DNA of 19,108 bases from NCBI GenBank assembly GCA_041736175.1, contig JBGSUI010000087.1, positions 1-19,108 on the forward strand. Direction: 5' to 3'. The notes beneath the pieces are model-generated. The model worked only from the letters and a program-made list of their open reading frames with translations, was not told the DNA's origin and ran no database searches. Shown one piece after another: positions 15,511-19,108 of this stretch. Numbering within the stretch: position 1 is the first letter of the stretch; every line of letters begins with the position of its first letter. The stretch comes from Oligoflexales bacterium (GTDB taxonomy: Bacteria > Bdellovibrionota_B > Oligoflexia > Oligoflexales > CAIYRB01). A program made the translations under genes and the position numbers.

Positions 15511-18360
15511 ATGACCAATGGAAAACATTTTTCTCGGGTTTCGTGGCTAAAATATTATTTGGTGACCATCTTAACGATCTTGAATTTAAACTGCGGTAAA
15601 AAATCTGGCGGTGGCGGTGGCGGTGGGCCAGGAGCAGAACCTGGGCCAAGCGGACCAACCGATCCTGGGTCCGTCAACACTCAAACATCTGGAACAACGA
15701 ACCCAGGTGGACTGAAATTAGACTTTGATCTTGCCGTGCAACCTTTTGCCTCCGGTGTCACTCCAGGTGAATACGCAGTCAAGGGGCAGCCACTCCCAAG
15801 CCTCGAAAAAGCCTTTAATGCCGGATTACCTGCTGGGCTTAAAACCGGTAGCCTCGCCGTCAGCACGAGTCTAAACTTGATACCCACAGAGTCTGGAAGC
15901 GAAACCATCAGCGAGGACGGCCTCCACCTCCAGACACAAAGCTCTACCTGCGAGCTATTGCCTCCCCACCGCAATCTGCGGGCGATTACCAATACCAGCG
16001 TTCGTGATGCTCTCCTTGGTAGCTGCCGGGCTACGGCTACAGCCGGTAGCTCGGATGTAGCGGCAAGCCTATGCGACAATCAAATCGTGTCCGGTAAAGA
16101 CGAGTGGGTCAATAGCTCTAGCGTTTCCTATAACTATCAAAATGGCTTTTGGGACCGCTTTTTTGACGGTTGTGGCCCCACAGATATCCGAGTGGCGCTC
16201 AAAGCGATCGATACTGAAGTGATCGCAGATATCAATCGGCTCACTGATAACGGAAGCTTTCGCTGTGTCGAGATTCCTGGATTGCACAAGGAATTTGCAA
16301 CTAAAGTCGATGGTGCCGGATTTTCCGATAGCCTTCTTGATCAGTCCACCTACCCACTAGCGTGTACAAGCAAAGTGGATGCTGATTACCGCGCCTACGG
16401 TAAAAATAATGGATACTTTTATTACTGGGATACAGCTACCAATGGCAGCATTGTCAAGGTCTCGACGGATGGTCTCAAAATCGATGTCCTTAAGTCCATA
16501 GGCAAAGTGACTGGGACCGAAGCCACTGATCTTAGCGGTGGTACGCTGGGATTGTACCGATTGAAATCAGAAAAGACTGCGGCTGGGGACAGCTCGTTTC
16601 ACTTTACAGCCATGGGTCAAGGGATTGGTCCTAATTGTGGTGTCTATATCGCCTCAAAAAAAACATCCTCGACAGATCTCATGTTTATCGAAATGCGATT
16701 TGATGCTGCCGGAACTGCAAGCACCACTTGGGCTCAATGGAAAGCTCGCTGCGATACTGGTTCATCCGTTACGCTATGCTTCAAGAATGATTTTACTGCG
16801 GCCAATGGCACAGACCCAACTGTAACCACCGCATGTGCCAGCGCTGGACTCACGACACCACCCACAGGATTTAAGAAATTTGCCTATGATCAGCTGGCCT
16901 CCGGTAGCACAAAAACTTTCATAAGCCCTGCAGATGTAGCAGTCTCCAACAAAACAGTGGTGCAGGCCGAAAAACTCACCTTCGCAAATCTTGTGGAAAC
17001 AAGTAAAATCAGGGACCCCCTTAAATTTCTGGTCGACCGTATGTTTGGGACGACTGTATCAGCAGACTACGACGTCGCAGGCCTCGTCGATGCTGGCAAC
17101 AAAGGGTCTAAAGACCTCCTAGCATTGATCAAAGAAAAAAATCCCCAGTGTGTTTATGAAACTCCAATCTCGTTTAGTCACCAGGGGACTCTAACTCTTG
17201 AGCCAGGAAGCCAACTCTTGCTTAGCTGTAAAAGCGGCTCCAAATACTACGGAGTCAGTGGAGACAATGTTTATTTTTATGACACTCAGGAAAATGGCCA
17301 AAGAATTGCTACGCGGTTGATGGATGGCGCCCTCTCTGTATGGCGTTATAAGGGCAAACAGGGTGTCACAGCCCAGGATTGGGCCAATACCGACGGCGTC
17401 GGGAGCTATATGCGGGTCAATATCAGAACCGACGGAGACCAAAACACTCTGCTGGAAGTGCTCCTCTTTGGAGATGATTCGAATTTTGCAGATCTGGGAT
17501 GTGGTATTCACTTTCGTCGTAACAACCAGTTCTATTATGTCCGTGGCAAATTTGGGTCCACCGACTGCGTCAGTCGCATTTTAGATACCGACTGTCTGGA
17601 GCGGGATGCCGCGACAGGTAAATTTACAAGGGTTGCTCTTAAGCTCTGTCGAGACGGCCAGGAAAAAGCCGATCCTTTTGAGTTCCCCTCATTGCTTCGA
17701 GAAGATCTTTCCCCTGTAACTTTTGCAGCACTTGCCTATCTTCCCGGACCAGCAGAAGGCCAGGGTGTGTCTACGGTCGACACGCCCCGGTCTGAAAAGA
17801 CCCCCACTGCGGCTTCAGCTGCACCCACATCCACTCTTACCCTGAAGCCTGTGGCTTCGTTTCCAGCAGTGGCTAAAACAAAATCTTTTAAAAAGATTGC
17901 CGTTGATAGTTCTAATTTTGGAATCAACTGTCTGTTTGCCGGCACCGGCAATTTTCAAAAAAATCTCACCGGAAAATTCCGTTATGATTTTAAAGATCTT
18001 TCGTCCGCCGATCTGGAAGCCGTCAACAAGTCCATATCAAGTCGCGACTTTTATGTGGCAATGGACATCAATAGGGTTGCGCTTCAAGTTGTGGGAACAG
18101 TGGCCACACCCACCGTTAAGGGCGACCTCCAAGTGAGCCTCTATGATGGGGAAACAAAATTACGAAGCCTTGAAACCAAAGACCATAACACCACCGGTCC
18201 GCACGTGGTGTCGGGCTTTGATGATCTGAAAATGGGTGCGACCCATAGTTTAGAAGTGACTTGGACGGGCCTTGCAGAAGTCTTGTGTCCTTCTAACAAA
18301 AACTCACAGGCCATGGCTGGCTTCAATCTAAATACGGCACCAAAAATCCGGTTTCAATAG
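15511..18360 (+). CDS. Large Cys-rich lipoprotein with two tandem six-cysteine domains
   Basis: ATG 15511 after AAGGA. LNLNC lipobox-like followed by GKKSG7 and a Pro/Gly/Thr tether. 18 further Cys. Internal duplication with ~285-aa offset. Confidence 0.75.
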   Translation: MTNGKHFSRVSWLKYYLVTILTILNLNCGKKSGGGGGGGPGAEPGPSGPTDPGSVNTQTSGTTNPGGLKLDFDLAVQPFASGVTPGEYAVKGQPLPSLEKAFNAGLPAGLKTGSLAVSTSLNLIPTESGSETISEDGLHLQTQSSTCELLPPHRNLRAITNTSVRDALLGSCRATATAGSSDVAASLCDNQIVSGKDEWVNSSSVSYNYQNGFWDRFFDGCGPTDIRVALKAIDTEVIADINRLTDNGSFRCVEIPGLHKEFATKVDGAGFSDSLLDQSTYPLACTSKVDADYRAYGKNNGYFYYWDTATNGSIVKVSTDGLKIDVLKSIGKVTGTEATDLSGGTLGLYRLKSEKTAAGDSSFHFTAMGQGIGPNCGVYIASKKTSSTDLMFIEMRFDAAGTASTTWAQWKARCDTGSSVTLCFKNDFTAANGTDPTVTTACASAGLTTPPTGFKKFAYDQLASGSTKTFISPADVAVSNKTVVQAEKLTFANLVETSKIRDPLKFLVDRMFGTTVSADYDVAGLVDAGNKGSKDLLALIKEKNPQCVYETPISFSHQGTLTLEPGSQLLLSCKSGSKYYGVSGDNVYFYDTQENGQRIATRLMDGALSVWRYKGKQGVTAQDWANTDGVGSYMRVNIRTDGDQNTLLEVLLFGDDSNFADLGCGIHFRRNNQFYYVRGKFGSTDCVSRILDTDCLERDAATGKFTRVALKLCRDGQEKADPFEFPSLLREDLSPVTFAALAYLPGPAEGQGVSTVDTPRSEKTPTAASAAPTSTLTLKPVASFPAVAKTKSFKKIAVDSSNFGINCLFAGTGNFQKNLTGKFRYDFKDLSSADLEAVNKSISSRDFYVAMDINRVALQVVGTVATPTVKGDLQVSLYDGETKLRSLETKDHNTTGPHVVSGFDDLKMGATHSLEVTWTGLAEVLCPSNKNSQAMAGFNLNTAPKIRFQ

Positions 18361-18677
18361 CTTCCGCCAGGACTGCGGATTGGGCCCATATCAATGCCTC
18401 TATATCAATGGCCCCTTGGCCGAGACCGCAGCCAAACCATCACGGCTGAGATGATCGTTGCCGCCAAGGAATCCAATGATTCTCTAAATCGACAGATCGG
18501 GAATCTTATTTTGGGCCACCGGAACGGGAGCCGTGACCGGTACAGGCGGCGCCGCAGCTCCTAGAGGCTTGCTGCTTTTTTTGAAAATCCCACCATTTTT
18601 TCGATTTTAAAAACTGTGATTCGCATTCTCTCAAGGCAATGAAATACTTAATATATTTCAGGAAATTAATTAATACC

Positions 18678-18704
18678 TAAAGTCTGGTTTGAGAGCGCCG
18701 ATGG
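18678..18704 (+). promoter_or_regulatory. sigma28/FliA-like promoter
   Basis: TAAA-N15-GCCGATGG, near-consensus. Confidence 0.65.
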
Positions 18705-18788
18705 GGGAATTGAATGCACTATCGCATTAGAGGCAGTCAGCGAATTTAGATGTATTCAAACCTATTAATAGGAAAAGGTGAGCAGCAA

Positions 18789-19108
18789 ATGCGAACCAAA
18801 CAAACTCGGACTATGAAGAAGGTGAACCGATACAGAAAACTGTACTCAATTTCCTGTTTAGTTTTTTTACTGGGATTTGACATGGCTTTGGTGTTGAATC
18901 CGCCCCAGGCTTTAGCTCTAGAAATAGGCTATTCGGGACGCCTTCAGGAAGAAAGCGGTAAGTCAATCGAAGGTCCTATCGATTTTACCGTTAAGTTTTA
19001 CAATGATCCAAGCGGAGGGGATACTGTCGGGCCCGTTCTAAACCTTTCTAACACCGAATTAAGAGATGGTGTTTTTCAGTTGAGCTTAAACTTCGATAAT
19101 GGTCAACT
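18789..19108 (+). CDS. 5' part of a secreted adhesin/tail-fibre-like surface protein (runs off the window)
   Basis: Open frame MRTKQTRTMKKVNRYRKLYSISCLVFLLGFDMALVLNPPQALA|LEIGYSGRLQEESGKSIEGPIDFTVKFYNDPSGG…LRDGVFQLSLNF. Signal peptide plus a Y-x-G-R-L…G-V-F-x-L-x-L N-terminal domain typical of fibre/'cell-wall anchor' proteins. Not in the ORF track. Confidence 0.75.
   Translation, partial: MRTKQTRTMKKVNRYRKLYSISCLVFLLGFDMALVLNPPQALALEIGYSGRLQEESGKSIEGPIDFTVKFYNDPSGGDTVGPVLNLSNTELRDGVFQLSLNFDNGQ

Noticed and set aside
15607..15627. GGCGGT tandem repeat as a phase-variation tract
   Set aside because: In-frame hexamer encoding a poly-Gly lipoprotein tether; slippage would not shift frame.
18361..18630. 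Possible minus-strand small gene (Pro/Ala-rich …GAAAPPVPVTAPVPVAQ…) and the short direct repeat ATATCAATG(G)CC
   Set aside because: The Pro-rich frame lacks a start and the ATG frame stops after 21 codons. No recognisable family. Two short copies are not an array.
1..19108. CRISPR array, tRNA, rRNA, intact transposase or integrase
   Set aside because: No repeat-spacer periodicity, cloverleaf/rRNA signature or recombinase ORF was seen.

Overview
Bacterial chromosomal window, probably Bdellovibrionota/Oligoflexia-like (inferred from gene style, not proven). Left end: a heavily decayed AAA-ATPase/PD-(D/E)xK-type pseudogene. It carries a 73-bp miniature IscB/IS200-IS605-type element inserted exactly in its Walker B codon, 5' of ATGA, plus a premature stop, an internal deletion, and a 3' break at a possible IS end. 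Next is a minus-strand three-gene envelope operon: outer-membrane beta-barrel, a 1577-aa lipoprotein of six ~248-aa tandem modules with Ca-binding-like loops, and a LolA-like protein, with no MMPL/RND transporter. Then an orphan beta-barrel, a helical lipoprotein, a cyanobacterial-style Delta12-like desaturase, a Ste24/M48 protease, an NCS2 purine permease, lexA, a truncated vapC relic, a 949-aa Cys-rich two-repeat lipoprotein, and the start of a probable adhesin/fibre protein. Several secreted-protein genes have sigma28 (FliA)-like promoters. The best candidate for an undescribed system is the barrel/giant-repeat lipoprotein/LolA-like operon. The most precisely demonstrable hidden feature is the mini-IscB insertion. 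All family assignments come from motif recognition by eye, not database searches.
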